DNA of 35,705 bases from a virus (IMGVR_UViG_2698536687_000005); one strand, 5' to 3'. Numbered from the stretch's first letter, positions 1 through 9,389 are shown. The notes: a model not told the origin generated them from the sequence alone. Numbers and translations: made by a program.

Positions 1-1053
1 TTACGGGGTAATGCCAACCGCTGCCGCCACTTTGTCGCCACTTGGCAGCGTTGCCAGAGGATTGAAACGGAGCGCCGTTTCCAGATGATCCGGTGCCAGA
101 TGTGCGTAACGCATAGTCATTTTTATATCGTGGTGTCCGAGAATTTTTTGTAAGGCCAGAATGTTTCCACCCGACATCATGAAGTGCGCCGCAAACGTAT
201 GGCGCAGAACGTGTGTGAGTTGACCGCGAGGGAGCACGATAGACGTTTTTTCCATCACGGATAAAAATTGAAAATAGCAGTCTGTGAAGAAATTGAACCC
301 ATCAAGCGCCATGATCTCTTCGTAAAGCTCTTTACTGATAGGGATGCTTCTGTTTTTCTTCCCCTTCGTTCTGACAAAGGTAATTCGGTATTTGGTCACC
401 TGTGAGCGAGTAAGATTTACGGCTTCACGCCAGCGTGCGCCTGTGCTTAAGCATATCTTAACTACCAGTGCCAGAATTGGGTCCTGACGTTTGCAATCAG
501 CCAGCAATTCAACAATCTGCTCATGGGTAAGCCATGCCATCTCTTTTTCTGCGATGGTGAATTTTCGCATGTTCTCCAGTGGGTTCGGATACGACCATTC
601 GCCCAGACGGGATAGTTCGCTAAAAACACTACTTAGATAGCTTTGCTCCAGGTTAATGGTGACCGGGCTTGCTCCTTTCTTCCATTTCTCGCTGAAGTAG
701 ATCTCGCCTGTCAGGCGTTTATCTCGATAGTGGGCAAACATTTTAGAGGTGAGATCGGTTGCAAGAGGATTGCCCAGAGCGTCAACCATCAACAGCAATT
801 TGTCATAGACATGCTGCCCAGCTGTCAGAGATTTACCATGTAGTTTGAACCATAGTTCAACCACGTCTTTCAGTGTTCGACGATCCACTGATTCACCCAG
901 CCAGGGCTTTGCTTCGGTTTCTTCCATCGTGTGACGCTCAAAAGCCAGAGCTTCGCCTTTGGTGGCGAATTGTTTACGCACACGACGTCCACTACGTCCG
1001 GCGGGGTAACATTCGCAAAGCCATTTTCCTGTGGTGAGTTTTCGTACTGCCAT
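1..1053 (-). CDS. int: Tyrosine integrase (P2-type)
   Basis: 350-aa ORF; C-terminal catalytic signature 'HVLRHTFA ... GHHDIKMTMRYAHL' (R-H-R-Y); sits at prophage end next to immunity region; stop codon at positions 1-3. Confidence 0.9.
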   Translation of the reverse strand: MAVRKLTTGKWLCECYPAGRSGRRVRKQFATKGEALAFERHTMEETEAKPWLGESVDRRTLKDVVELWFKLHGKSLTAGQHVYDKLLLMVDALGNPLATDLTSKMFAHYRDKRLTGEIYFSEKWKKGASPVTINLEQSYLSSVFSELSRLGEWSYPNPLENMRKFTIAEKEMAWLTHEQIVELLADCKRQDPILALVVKICLSTGARWREAVNLTRSQVTKYRITFVRTKGKKNRSIPISKELYEEIMALDGFNFFTDCYFQFLSVMEKTSIVLPRGQLTHVLRHTFAAHFMMSGGNILALQKILGHHDIKMTMRYAHLAPDHLETALRFNPLATLPSGDKVAAAVGITP

Positions 1054-1058
1054 AAAAA

Positions 1059-1078
1059 AGCCCTCATATCAGAGGGCT
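1059..1078 (-). terminator. Intrinsic terminator-like hairpin immediately upstream of int start
   Basis: 7-bp GC-rich stem AGCCCTC/GAGGGCT with 6-nt loop; on the minus strand it is followed by the T-run at 1054-1059 and then the int ATG; right arm contains the int GAGGG Shine-Dalgarno. Confidence 0.5.
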
Positions 1079-1136
1079 AAATTTAACTGTATATACAACC
1101 AGTAATCAATGTGTGATTACTATGAAACATACATTG

Positions 1137-2813
1137 CTAAGCAACATGCAGTTCATCGTTGGCGGAAGTTGCTGCTTTGCGCTCTTGCTCAATCGCCAGT
1201 GACTCTCTATATTCTTTCGCTTCCGCAAACATTGTCCATTGTGCGTTGATGTTCATATCTTCAATAACAGACTTAATTTCTTTAATATTTACGTTGAAAA
1301 ACTCTTTTCGTGAGTTAATTTTATTGACCTGTTTTTCGTTGAAGACTTTATGCAGATGATTTTCTAATGATGGTGCATCATCACTATAAATCATCGCATG
1401 AACATCGAACGAAAAAGGAACACTAGCATCACCGAGTTCACGAACACGATCAAGTGGTTCAAGGCGGCGTGTCATTCCAATTTTATATACATCTTCGCCA
1501 AATGAGCCAATATTACTAATTATATAAACGTGGCCTGATCTAGTTTGTTGAGCCATAGAAATAGCTCGTTGGTTTTTAGCTTCAGCTTCTTCATATTTTA
1601 ACTGTAGTTCAGCTATTTTTTGCTCTAAAGCTAAGCGTTGTTCTTCATTTGCAAGCATAAGCTCTTTTGTTGCTTTATTTATAGCTTGCTGAATAGCTTT
1701 CTCTTCTTTTTCAGCTTCTTTTATCGCTTTTTCATACTCCCTACGAGCTCTTTCCTCTTCACGAAGTTGTTCTTTAATCCTTCTTTGCTCTTCTTTTTCT
1801 TCGAGCATAATTTCATTAACTGCAACTCCCCATTTTAGCTCGTTGAGTCGAGCTTGAAGATAGATGTCACTTATTTTTGCGGACCTAAAGGCAGAACCAT
1901 TGTAATTTACAAGTTGAAACGCATCTTTTATCTCTTGGGAAAGTTTTCCAAAATTGTTGTGTTTGACTTTTGATAAAATACTGTCAACTCTTCCATTGAA
2001 GGCATCTAAAACAAAGTTGATAGCAGTATTACGCCTGTTTTGTTCAACATAATCACACGAAGCAGCTTTATTAGTTTTTATTAATGATTTTGTTAACTCC
2101 CTGGCTTTTTGTAATTCCTTACCTGCATCTGTAAACTCATAATTTTCTGCCAATTCATCGAGAACGCTACGGTTAGGGATGATCCATTCATCACCATAAC
2201 CTTCAATTTTATTTTTCATTGATTTGGCAACTGCTTCATATTTTTCTGCAAACTCTTTAGCTTCATATGCTGAACCAGCAATCTCTTTTGCTCTTTCTTC
2301 TGCATCGGAAATAATTTTCACTGCATTGTCATTAGCATTTGAGATCAGCTCATTTGCTTTACTATTGGCATTATCAAGACGTTCTTTAGCTTTCAGGCGT
2401 GCATCGCGAGCGTCTTTAGTAATTGCTATAGCTTCGCTATTAGCGTTGCTTATTTTTATCTGAGCTTGATAATTTGCTTCGTTTACTGTCTTAGCAGCCT
2501 TTATTTGGGCTTCTTCTATTTTTTGCCTGGCTATTGAGTCTGCATTTTTTATCTTATTCTCTGCTTCCATCACTGCGCTGTGCAATTCTACGTATTGCCA
2601 TAATGGCGCAGCTCGTCCTTCAAGCTCTGATAGATCTCGTACAGTCTGTGCTAATTCTTCTTGATTTTCTTTCAGTTGGTTGGAAAGGGCTATGTTGTTA
2701 TCTGTCAAGGTATTTATAGCCGCTTTATGTTTTTTGCTTTGCTTAAATAATATTACAGCTAGAATGGGGGTGAGAAATGCTAATAAGAATATAACGATGG
2801 AAAATGAATTCAT
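1137..2813 (-). CDS. Membrane-anchored coiled-coil protein with DUF4041-like region and C-terminal T5orf172/MUG113 (GIY-YIG-like) domain; candidate defence/abortive-infection cargo
   Basis: 558-aa ORF. N-terminal hydrophobic helix (SIVIFLLAFLTPILAVILF), about 300 aa of K/E/A-rich heptad-like sequence, C-terminal 'HVYIISNIGSFGEDVYKIGMTRRLEPLDRVRELG...FSFDVHAMI...LENHLHKVF' matching the T5orf172 signature. AT-rich relative to backbone. AAGGA RBS 8 nt upstream. Confidence 0.75.
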   Translation of the reverse strand: MNSFSIVIFLLAFLTPILAVILFKQSKKHKAAINTLTDNNIALSNQLKENQEELAQTVRDLSELEGRAAPLWQYVELHSAVMEAENKIKNADSIARQKIEEAQIKAAKTVNEANYQAQIKISNANSEAIAITKDARDARLKAKERLDNANSKANELISNANDNAVKIISDAEERAKEIAGSAYEAKEFAEKYEAVAKSMKNKIEGYGDEWIIPNRSVLDELAENYEFTDAGKELQKARELTKSLIKTNKAASCDYVEQNRRNTAINFVLDAFNGRVDSILSKVKHNNFGKLSQEIKDAFQLVNYNGSAFRSAKISDIYLQARLNELKWGVAVNEIMLEEKEEQRRIKEQLREEERARREYEKAIKEAEKEEKAIQQAINKATKELMLANEEQRLALEQKIAELQLKYEEAEAKNQRAISMAQQTRSGHVYIISNIGSFGEDVYKIGMTRRLEPLDRVRELGDASVPFSFDVHAMIYSDDAPSLENHLHKVFNEKQVNKINSRKEFFNVNIKEIKSVIEDMNINAQWTMFAEAKEYRESLAIEQERKAATSANDELHVA

Positions 2814-2833
2814 TTTTAAATCCTTTTACTATA

Positions 2834-3430
2834 TTAATTTGAAACTATTGTACTTCTTATACAAGCAACTACTTCAATATCAGAAAATGCACATTCAAAG
2901 CTATTCTCTGTACTTGTAATTTTAATCATACCTTTTGGAAGCTTTGTGATTTTTCGAATGGAATAGGTTCCGTCGATGTTGATTAACCAGTGCCCATCAA
3001 GTACTTCAGAAAATTTTTGATCACAAATGTATGTGACGAGCCCATCCTGAATAACAATTGGTGATGAAAGATTTGCAGGAAGAAATGATGAATCGAAGAC
3101 ATATGAACCATCTTCAATCATTTTGCCTGCGGTAAGGCGAAACTTGGCAAGCTCTTCTGTAGCTGCTGTCAGCGAGCTTTGCTTAAGGCCTTGCCCGGTG
3201 GTTAACCATTTCAGTGAGGTTCCTGTTTCAAGAGCACATTGGATTATCCAGTCTGCAGGAAACGTATCCCGCAAATACCTGTTCGCCAGAGTGCTTTTTG
3301 ATACTTCCAAGTGATCAGCTAAAGCCTGTCGTGTCGTAAAGCCATAAGCTTCGACTAATCGCTCAATCGCAGCCTTACCACCTTTATTGGGATTTATTTT
3401 GATCTCATTTGGGTACTTTGATGTTGACAT
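2834..3430 (-). CDS. cI: Immunity repressor, phage 186 CI-like (N-terminal HTH, no S24 autoprotease motif seen)
   Basis: 198-aa ORF; N-terminal HTH-like 'FTTRQALADHLEVSKSTLANRY'; no G-x-S-M/Lys dyad; positioned between int-side cargo and apl, opposite orientation to apl. Confidence 0.75.
   Translation of the reverse strand: MSTSKYPNEIKINPNKGGKAAIERLVEAYGFTTRQALADHLEVSKSTLANRYLRDTFPADWIIQCALETGTSLKWLTTGQGLKQSSLTAATEELAKFRLTAGKMIEDGSYVFDSSFLPANLSSPIVIQDGLVTYICDQKFSEVLDGHWLINIDGTYSIRKITKLPKGMIKITSTENSFECAFSDIEVVACIRSTIVSN
3406..3418. repeat. 13-bp direct repeat CATTTGGGTACTT, copy 1 (inside cI N-terminal codons)
   Basis: Exact copy of the motif at 3465-3477; a degenerate third copy CATTTTGGGATAC lies at 3751-3763. 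Confidence 0.5.
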
Positions 3431-3525
3431 ATCTCTTTTGCGATCCTAGTATCAATTTTGTCCCCATTTGGGTACTTGTCACGATTACTACAGGCTCACC
3501 ACAAGCCAATAGGAGATGTTGCATC
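3431..3525. promoter_or_regulatory. Lysis/lysogeny switch region between cI and apl (expected convergent pR/pL)
   Basis: 95-bp intergenic region between oppositely oriented cI and apl; contains one copy of the repeated 13-mer CATTTGGGTACTT (3465-3477) and a TTGACA hexamer at 3424-3429 overlapping the cI start. Confidence 0.5.
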
Positions 3526-3747
3526 ATGACCCCTAACATTTCAATAACTCTGAATACGCCACATGTCACAATTGAGCGTTATAGCGAACTTACTGGTCTT
3601 TCTATCGACACCATCAACGATATGCTGGCTGATGGTCGCATCCCTCGCCATCGCCTTCGGAAAGACAAGAAAAGAGAAAAGGTAATGATCAACCTTGCTG
3701 CTCTTACCGTTGATGCACTTACTGATTGCAATGTTGTATTCAACTAG
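3526..3747 (+). CDS. apl: Apl/Cox-like excisionase and transcriptional regulator
   Basis: 73-aa product from ATG at 3526 with AGGAG RBS at 3511-3515; HTH-like '[26 protein letters not shown]'; first gene of rightward early operon. Confidence 0.7.
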   Translation: MTPNISITLNTPHVTIERYSELTGLSIDTINDMLADGRIPRHRLRKDKKREKVMINLAALTVDALTDCNVVFN

Positions 3748-3779
3748 TTCCATTTTGGGATACATCAGGGGTGTCGACT

Positions 3780-4289
3780 ATGTTTGATTACCAAGTTTCC
3801 AAACATCCACATTTTGACGAAGCCTGTCGTGCATTCGCACTGCGCCACAACCTGGTGCAACTGGCAGAACGTGCAGGCATGAATGTACAGATTCTGCGGA
3901 ACAAGCTGAACCCAGCTCAACCTCATTTATTAACCGCACCAGAAATCTGGTTGCTTACCGATCTGACTGAAGATTCAACGCTGGTAGATGGCTTTCTGGC
4001 ACAGATTCACTGCCTGCCATGTGTACCGATTAATGAGGTGGCAAAAGAGAAACTGCCGCATTATGTCATGAGTGCAACCGCAGAGATCGGGCGTGTTGCT
4101 GCAGGTGCGGTATCCGGCGATGTAAAAACCAGTGCAGGTCGTCGTGATGCTATCAGCAGCATTAACTCTGTAACACGGCTGATGGCGCTGGCCGCTGTTT
4201 CATTGCAGGCCCGTTTACAGGCTAATCCTGCGATGGCGAGTGCAGTTGATACCGTTACTGGCCTCGGTGCTTCATTCGGTTTGCTGTGA
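3780..4289 (+). CDS. cII: Phage 186 CII-like lysogeny-establishment regulator
   Basis: 169-aa product from ATG at 3780 (the track ORF is N-terminally extended); sequence '[24 protein letters not shown]...' and length match the 186 CII family as recalled. Confidence 0.7.
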   Translation: MFDYQVSKHPHFDEACRAFALRHNLVQLAERAGMNVQILRNKLNPAQPHLLTAPEIWLLTDLTEDSTLVDGFLAQIHCLPCVPINEVAKEKLPHYVMSATAEIGRVAAGAVSGDVKTSAGRRDAISSINSVTRLMALAAVSLQARLQANPAMASAVDTVTGLGASFGLL

Positions 4290-4296
4290 GGTGCTT

Positions 4297-4497
4297 ATGC
4301 TGACGAAAGAACCATCATTTGCATCGCTGCTGGTAAAACAAAGCCCGGCAATGCACTACGGTCACGGCTGGATCATGGGGGAGGATGGTAAACGCTGGCA
4401 TCCGTGCCGTTCACAGGATGAATTGCTGGCAGAACTATCTACGAAAAAACGGGGGAACAAATGGCTATTGAAGGCGCTGCGGCAACTGTTCCATTAA
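4297..4497 (+). CDS. Small early protein, unknown function (occupies the position of 186 fil)
   Basis: 66-aa product from ATG at 4297 immediately after cII stop; no recognisable motif. Confidence 0.4.
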   Translation: MLTKEPSFASLLVKQSPAMHYGHGWIMGEDGKRWHPCRSQDELLAELSTKKRGNKWLLKALRQLFH

Positions 4498-4802
4498 GCC
4501 CCGGTGAACGCCTGAATGGACTTAATCACATTGCGGAGTTAAGGGCGAAAGTTTTTGGCCTGAATATTGAGTCAGAGCTTGAGCGGTTTATTAAAGATAT
4601 GCGTGATCCACGGGATATCAATAATGAACAAAATAAACGAGCACTGGCTGCCATATTCTTTATGGCAAAAATTCCAGCTGAACGTCATAGTATCAGCATT
4701 AATGAGCTGACTACTGACGAAAAGCGGGAGCTGATTAAAGCAATGAATCATTTTCGTGCAGTGGTGAGCTTATTTCCCAGACGGCTAACCATGCCGAATT
4801 AA
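4461..4802 (+). CDS. Hypothetical early protein
   Basis: 113-aa ORF overlapping the end of the preceding gene; start uncertain. Confidence 0.35.
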   Translation: MAIEGAAATVPLSPGERLNGLNHIAELRAKVFGLNIESELERFIKDMRDPRDINNEQNKRALAAIFFMAKIPAERHSISINELTTDEKRELIKAMNHFRAVVSLFPRRLTMPN

Positions 4803-4869
4803 CCAACTAATGAAATTAATGGCGTAAACCCGCCGGGCATCCCTTTATCTAAATTCAGGAGAATTGATT

Positions 4870-5103
4870 ATGCGTAATATTGAAACCCTCACGACTAAAA
4901 CCGGACCGGATGACGCAGGGCTTAATATTTTACTGACAGAGGCTCGTCTGGAAGAACGCCGGGCAAGGGCTGAAGCAATGGCAGCTCGCCTTGATAGCCT
5001 GGCGTGTCATATCTCATCCCGTCAGCTAAACCACGTGGAAGCGGCAGAACTGCTGCGTGTGACTGCTGAAGCAATCCAGAACGAAGCGCAGGAGATCCAC
5101 TAA
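4870..5103 (+). CDS. Hypothetical small early protein
   Basis: 77-aa product from ATG at 4870 with AGGGA RBS 7 nt upstream; Ala/Arg/Glu-rich helical sequence. Confidence 0.5.
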   Translation: MRNIETLTTKTGPDDAGLNILLTEARLEERRARAEAMAARLDSLACHISSRQLNHVEAAELLRVTAEAIQNEAQEIH

Positions 5104-5330
5104 TGGCTGATGCAATGGATCTCGTACAGCAGCGCGTTGAAGAAGAACGCCAGCGCCATATCCGTGCTGCCCGTGCCAAAACGCCGGGCGTGTCCCGCGT
5201 GCTTTGCGTTGAGTGTGAAGCGCCAATTCCGCCAGCACGCCGCCGTGCCATTCCGGGTGTGCAGCTTTGCATTACATGTCAGGAAATCGCAGAGCTGAAA
5301 GGCAAACATTACAACGGAGGTGCTGTATGA
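5103..5330 (+). CDS. TraR/DksA-family C4 zinc-finger protein (P2 orf82-like)
   Basis: 75 aa; C-x-x-C ... C-x-x-C ('CVECEAP ... CITCQE') in TraR/DksA arrangement; start overlaps previous stop (TAATGG). Confidence 0.7.
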   Translation: MADAMDLVQQRVEEERQRHIRAARAKTPGVSRVLCVECEAPIPPARRRAIPGVQLCITCQEIAELKGKHYNGGAV

Positions 5331-6184
5331 GCACCATCTTGAAATGGGCGGGAAATAAAACCGCCGTAATGTCCGAACTGAAAAAACATCTTCCTGCTGG
5401 TCCGCGACTAGTTGAACCTTTCGCGGGTTCCTGTGCTGTGATGATGGAGACGGATTATCCCTGCTATCTGGTTGCGGATATTAATCCTGATTTAATCAAC
5501 CTCTATAAAAAGGTTGCCGCTGATTGTGAATCGTTTATATCTCGCGCCAAAGTTTTATTTGAGATCGCAAACAGGGAGGTGGCTTATTACAACATAAGGC
5601 AGGAGTTTAATTACTCAACTGAAATTACTGATTTCATGAAAGCGGTATATTTCCTGTATCTCAATCGTCACGGTTACCGTGGGTTATGTCGCTATAACAA
5701 GAGCGGGCATTTCAACATTCCCTACGGTAATTATAAAAATCCGTATTTCCCTGAAAAAGAAATTCGCGCTTTTGCAGAAAAAGCCCAGCGAGCAACGTTT
5801 ATCTGCGCCAGCTTTGATGAAACGCTGGCGATGTTGAAGGCGGGGGATGTGGTGTATTGCGATCCGCCTTATGACGGTACGTTTTCCGGCTATCACGCTG
5901 ACGGCTTTACTGAAGATGACCAGTATCACCTGGCATCCGTTCTTGAACATCGGTCATCAGAAGGACATCCGGTCATTGTTTCTAACAGTGACACATCCCT
6001 GATCCGTTCGCTGTATCGCAATTTTACTCACCACTATATCAAGGTAAAACGCAGCATCGGCGTAGCAGCTGGTGAGAGTAAATCAGCAACAGAAATCATT
6101 GCTGTTTCCGGGCCGCGCTGCTGGGTGGGATTTGATTATTCGCGTGGCGTGGATAGTTCTGCCGTGTACGGAGTACGTGCATGA
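5327..6184 (+). CDS. dam: DNA adenine methyltransferase, Dam family (orphan, phage-encoded)
   Basis: 285-aa product from ATG at 5327 with GGAGG RBS; Dam-like N-terminus 'KWAGNK' and catalytic 'DPPY' motif ('[10 protein letters not shown]'). Confidence 0.8.
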   Translation: MSTILKWAGNKTAVMSELKKHLPAGPRLVEPFAGSCAVMMETDYPCYLVADINPDLINLYKKVAADCESFISRAKVLFEIANREVAYYNIRQEFNYSTEITDFMKAVYFLYLNRHGYRGLCRYNKSGHFNIPYGNYKNPYFPEKEIRAFAEKAQRATFICASFDETLAMLKAGDVVYCDPPYDGTFSGYHADGFTEDDQYHLASVLEHRSSEGHPVIVSNSDTSLIRSLYRNFTHHYIKVKRSIGVAAGESKSATEIIAVSGPRCWVGFDYSRGVDSSAVYGVRA

Positions 6185-8595
6185 GCCATGCCGATATGAG
6201 CAACTGCTGCGGCTTTAACGAGGCTGCCGCATCGTTCTCATGGAACAGCCCGAAAAAGGCCATTAACCCTTATCTGGACCCGGCGGAAGTTGCGCCGGTT
6301 TCTGCGCTTTCAAACCTGATCACTCTGTACGCTGCCGATAACGAGCAGGAACAACTGCGCCGCGAGGCACTGAGTGATCAGGTCTGGGAGCGTTATTTCT
6401 TTAATGAATCCCGTGATCCTGTCCAACGCGAAATAGAGCAGGATAAGCTCATTAGCCGGGCAAAGTTGGCGCATGAGCAGCAGCGTTTTAACCCGGACAT
6501 GGTCATTCTGGCAGACGTCAGCGCCCAGCCCTCCCATATCAGCAAGCCGCTGATGCAACGTATTGAATACTTCAGCAGCCTGGGCAGGCCAAAGGCTTAT
6601 TCCCGCTATTTACGTGAGACGATTAAGCCATGTCTGGAACGACTGGAGCATGTACGCGACAGCCAGCTATCTGCATCTTTTCGTTTTATGGCAAGCCATG
6701 TAGGGCTGGACGGCCTGCTGATTCTGCCTGAAATGAGTCAGGATCAGGTGAAACGCCTGTCTACCCTTGTCGCTGCGCATATGAGCATGTGCCTTGATGC
6801 AGCTTGTGGTGATTTGTATGCCACCGATGACGTTAAGCCAGAAGAAATCCGCAAGACATGGGAAAAGGTGGCAGCGGAAACCCTGCGTCTGGATGTCATC
6901 CCGCCTGCGTTTGAGCAACTCCGTCGGAAAAGAAACCGCCGTAAACCCGTGCCCTATGAACTCATTCCGGGTTCGCTGGCGCGTATGTTGTGCGCCGACT
7001 GGTGGTACCGGAAATTATGGAAAATGCGTTGCGAATGGCGGGAAGAGCAGTTGCGTGCTGTCTGCCTGGTCAGCAAAAAAGCATCTCCCTATGTCAGCTA
7101 TGAAGCCGTGATGCATAAACGTGAGCAGCGCCGCAAGTCACTGGAGTTTTTCCGTTCTCATGAACTGGTGAACGAAGAGGGCGACACGCTGGATATGGAA
7201 GACGTGGTAAACGCCAGCAGCAGCAACCCGGCGCACCGCCGCAATGAGATGATGGCCTGTGTTAAAGGTCTGGAGCTTATCGCGGAAATGCGCGGTGACT
7301 GCGCCGTTTTCTACACCATTACCTGTCCGTCACGTTTCCATTCCACGCTCAATAACGGCAGACCAAACCCAACCTGGACAAATGCGACGGTAAGACAAAG
7401 CAGCGATTATCTGGTCGGCATGTTTGCTGCATTTCGTAAGGCGATGCACAAAGCCGGGTTGCGCTGGTATGGCGTGCGGGTGGCTGAGCCGCATCATGAC
7501 GGTACAGTTCACTGGCACCTGTTGTGTTTCATGCGCAAAAAAGACCGCCGCGCCATTACTGCATTGTTGCGTAAGTTTGCCATCCGTGAAGACCGCGAGG
7601 AACTGGGTAATAACACTGGTCCACGCTTTAAATCTGAGCTGATAAACCCGCGCAAAGGAACGCCGACAAGCTACATCGCGAAATACATCAGTAAGAACAT
7701 TGACGGGCGTGGTCTGGCTGGCGAGATCAGCAAGGAAACGGGTAAATCCCTGCGTGATAACGCTGAATACGTTAATGCCTGGGCGTCTCTGCATCGTGTT
7801 CAGCAATTCCGCTTCTTTGGTATTCCGGGACGTCAGGCTTACCGTGAACTTCGCTTGCTGGCTGGTCAGGCGGCAAGGCAACAGGGTGACAAAAAAGCAG
7901 GTGCGCCGGTACTGGATAACCCGCGTCTTGATGCCATTCTGGCTGCTGCTGATGCTGGTTGTTTTGCCACCTACATCATGAAGCAGGGCGGCGTACTGGT
8001 TCCCCGCAAATATCACCTCATCAGAACCGCTTATGAAATCAACGAAGAGCCAACCGCCTATGGCGATCACGGTATTCGTATTTATGGCATCTGGTCACCC
8101 ATTGCAGAGGGCAAGATCTGCACTCATGCAGTGAAGTGGAAAATGGTTCGTAAGGCCGTTGACGTTCAGGAGGCGGCAGCCGACCAGGGCGCTTGCGCCC
8201 CTTGGACTCGTGGCAATAACTGTCCCCTTGCTGAAAATTTGAACCAACATGAGAAAGATGAATCAGCAGATGGGGATACCAGAACGGACATTACCTGCAT
8301 GGATGACAAGGAATTGCACGATTACCTGCACAGTATGAGCAAAAAAGAGCGCCGGGAACTGGCAGCAAGATTGCGCCTGGTTAAACCGAAACGGCGTAAA
8401 GACTACAAACAGCGAATTACAGAGTATCAGCGTCAGCAGCTCGTCTATGAACTGAAGTCCAGAGGATTTGATGGCAACGAGAAAGAGGTCGATTTGCTCC
8501 TTTGCGGTGGCAGTATTCCGTCAGGAGCAGGCCTGCGTATCTTCTATCGGAACCAGCGTTTGCAGGAAGATGATAAGTGGCGGAACCTGTATTAA
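6181..8595 (+). CDS. A: Replication initiation endonuclease, P2 gpA family (rolling-circle)
   Basis: 804-aa ORF; P2 A-like; Y-x-x-K rolling-circle motif '[12 protein letters not shown]'; start overlaps dam stop (ATGA). Confidence 0.85.
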   Translation: MSHADMSNCCGFNEAAASFSWNSPKKAINPYLDPAEVAPVSALSNLITLYAADNEQEQLRREALSDQVWERYFFNESRDPVQREIEQDKLISRAKLAHEQQRFNPDMVILADVSAQPSHISKPLMQRIEYFSSLGRPKAYSRYLRETIKPCLERLEHVRDSQLSASFRFMASHVGLDGLLILPEMSQDQVKRLSTLVAAHMSMCLDAACGDLYATDDVKPEEIRKTWEKVAAETLRLDVIPPAFEQLRRKRNRRKPVPYELIPGSLARMLCADWWYRKLWKMRCEWREEQLRAVCLVSKKASPYVSYEAVMHKREQRRKSLEFFRSHELVNEEGDTLDMEDVVNASSSNPAHRRNEMMACVKGLELIAEMRGDCAVFYTITCPSRFHSTLNNGRPNPTWTNATVRQSSDYLVGMFAAFRKAMHKAGLRWYGVRVAEPHHDGTVHWHLLCFMRKKDRRAITALLRKFAIREDREELGNNTGPRFKSELINPRKGTPTSYIAKYISKNIDGRGLAGEISKETGKSLRDNAEYVNAWASLHRVQQFRFFGIPGRQAYRELRLLAGQAARQQGDKKAGAPVLDNPRLDAILAAADAGCFATYIMKQGGVLVPRKYHLIRTAYEINEEPTAYGDHGIRIYGIWSPIAEGKICTHAVKWKMVRKAVDVQEAAADQGACAPWTRGNNCPLAENLNQHEKDESADGDTRTDITCMDDKELHDYLHSMSKKERRELAARLRLVKPKRRKDYKQRITEYQRQQLVYELKSRGFDGNEKEVDLLLCGGSIPSGAGLRIFYRNQRLQEDDKWRNLY

Positions 8596-8687
8596 TCACA
8601 CGGGTTAACAATTCGTGCTCTTAATAATACCAGGCATATCAGGCTGATGAACGTAAAAAAACGTTTTACATCAGTAAGATTATTATA

Positions 8688-8707
8688 TACTGTAAATATA
8701 AACAGTG
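8688..8707 (+). promoter_or_regulatory. Consensus LexA (SOS) box TACTGTAAATATAAACAGTG
   Basis: CTGT-N8-ACAG with AT-rich spacer at 8690-8705, about 45 bp upstream of the small ORF starting at 8749. Confidence 0.6.
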
Positions 8708-8748
8708 GTTATATGTACAGTATTGCGTATGGTGTTATAGGAGGAAAG

Positions 8749-8937
8749 ATGCAGGACTATTTTTTGGAGTCTTTGAAGCTCCAGCGCATTGATTTTTTTC
8801 TTAAGCTTGTAGCGGCTAGTGAGTGTAGTGATGAAGAGAAGGGGCTAGCTCTGCAGTGGGTTTCTGAATTGACTGATGAGTTGATGGCGAAAATTCGAAG
8901 CCATGAATACAGTAGGTCGATGGATGTAATCAGTTGA
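8749..8937 (+). CDS. Small SOS-box-associated protein; candidate Tum-like antirepressor or other SOS-induced cargo
   Basis: 62-aa product from ATG at 8749 with AGGAGGA RBS at 8739-8745; AT-rich; downstream of LexA box and upstream of a terminator hairpin. Confidence 0.45.
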   Translation: MQDYFLESLKLQRIDFFLKLVAASECSDEEKGLALQWVSELTDELMAKIRSHEYSRSMDVIS

Positions 8938-8970
8938 GCTTGTTTCGTTAGGACTTGATAAGGGAACCGA

Positions 8971-8996
8971 AAAGGGGCATTAAGCCCCTTTCTCAT
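8971..8996 (+). terminator. Intrinsic terminator hairpin between the small ORF and the convergent lipoprotein gene
   Basis: Stem AAAGGGGC/GCCCCTTT (8971-8978, 8984-8991) with 5-nt loop, followed by T-rich TCTC. Confidence 0.5.
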
Positions 8997-9004
8997 AAGT
9001 TGAT

Positions 9005-9304
9005 TTAGTTGTTACCCAAAGAGCCGGCCATGGCTGCATATTTAATTTCTTCGCTGGGTATTTCAGGATGTAGTTGAATTTGCCTGATGATATAGCCAGG
9101 AACTTCTTCACTCCACAGTTTCGCCGCGTCCTTACAGACCTTATACGCGAAGTCTCTATTCTCAAAGGCATAGGATTTTCCGTATGCATATTGCTGACAG
9201 GCATGAACATAAGCTCCGAAGTCGCCGTCTTTATCTGGCAAAGCACATCCAGCTAAGGCTATGATGATTGCTACTAACGTAAAGGAGAAAGTTATACGTT
9301 TCAT
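9005..9304 (-). CDS. Small lipoprotein, unknown function (cargo)
   Basis: 99 aa; signal peptide with lipobox 'LAGC' (MKRITFSFTLVAIIIALAGC); AT-rich. Confidence 0.65.
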   Translation of the reverse strand: MKRITFSFTLVAIIIALAGCALPDKDGDFGAYVHACQQYAYGKSYAFENRDFAYKVCKDAAKLWSEEVPGYIIRQIQLHPEIPSEEIKYAAMAGSLGNN

Positions 9305-9360
9305 GGTCTCTTTCTAAGCGTTTAGCATTATTTAACTAAGGGGTATCTGCCGTGATTTGG

Positions 9361-9389
9361 TAGTCCCTGATATATATTCTCAGGGACTA
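9361..9389. promoter_or_regulatory. Inverted repeat TAGTCCCTG-N11-CAGGGACTA between the two lipoprotein genes
   Basis: 9-bp perfect arms around AT-rich spacer ATATATATTCT; candidate operator or terminator/promoter element. Confidence 0.4.

Noticed and set aside
3409-3747. 112-aa form of apl and 187-aa form of cII given by the ORF track (3726-4289)
   Set aside because: N-terminal extensions lack ribosome-binding sites; internal ATGs at 3526 and 3780 have good Shine-Dalgarno spacing and give products of the expected family sizes (73 and 169 aa).
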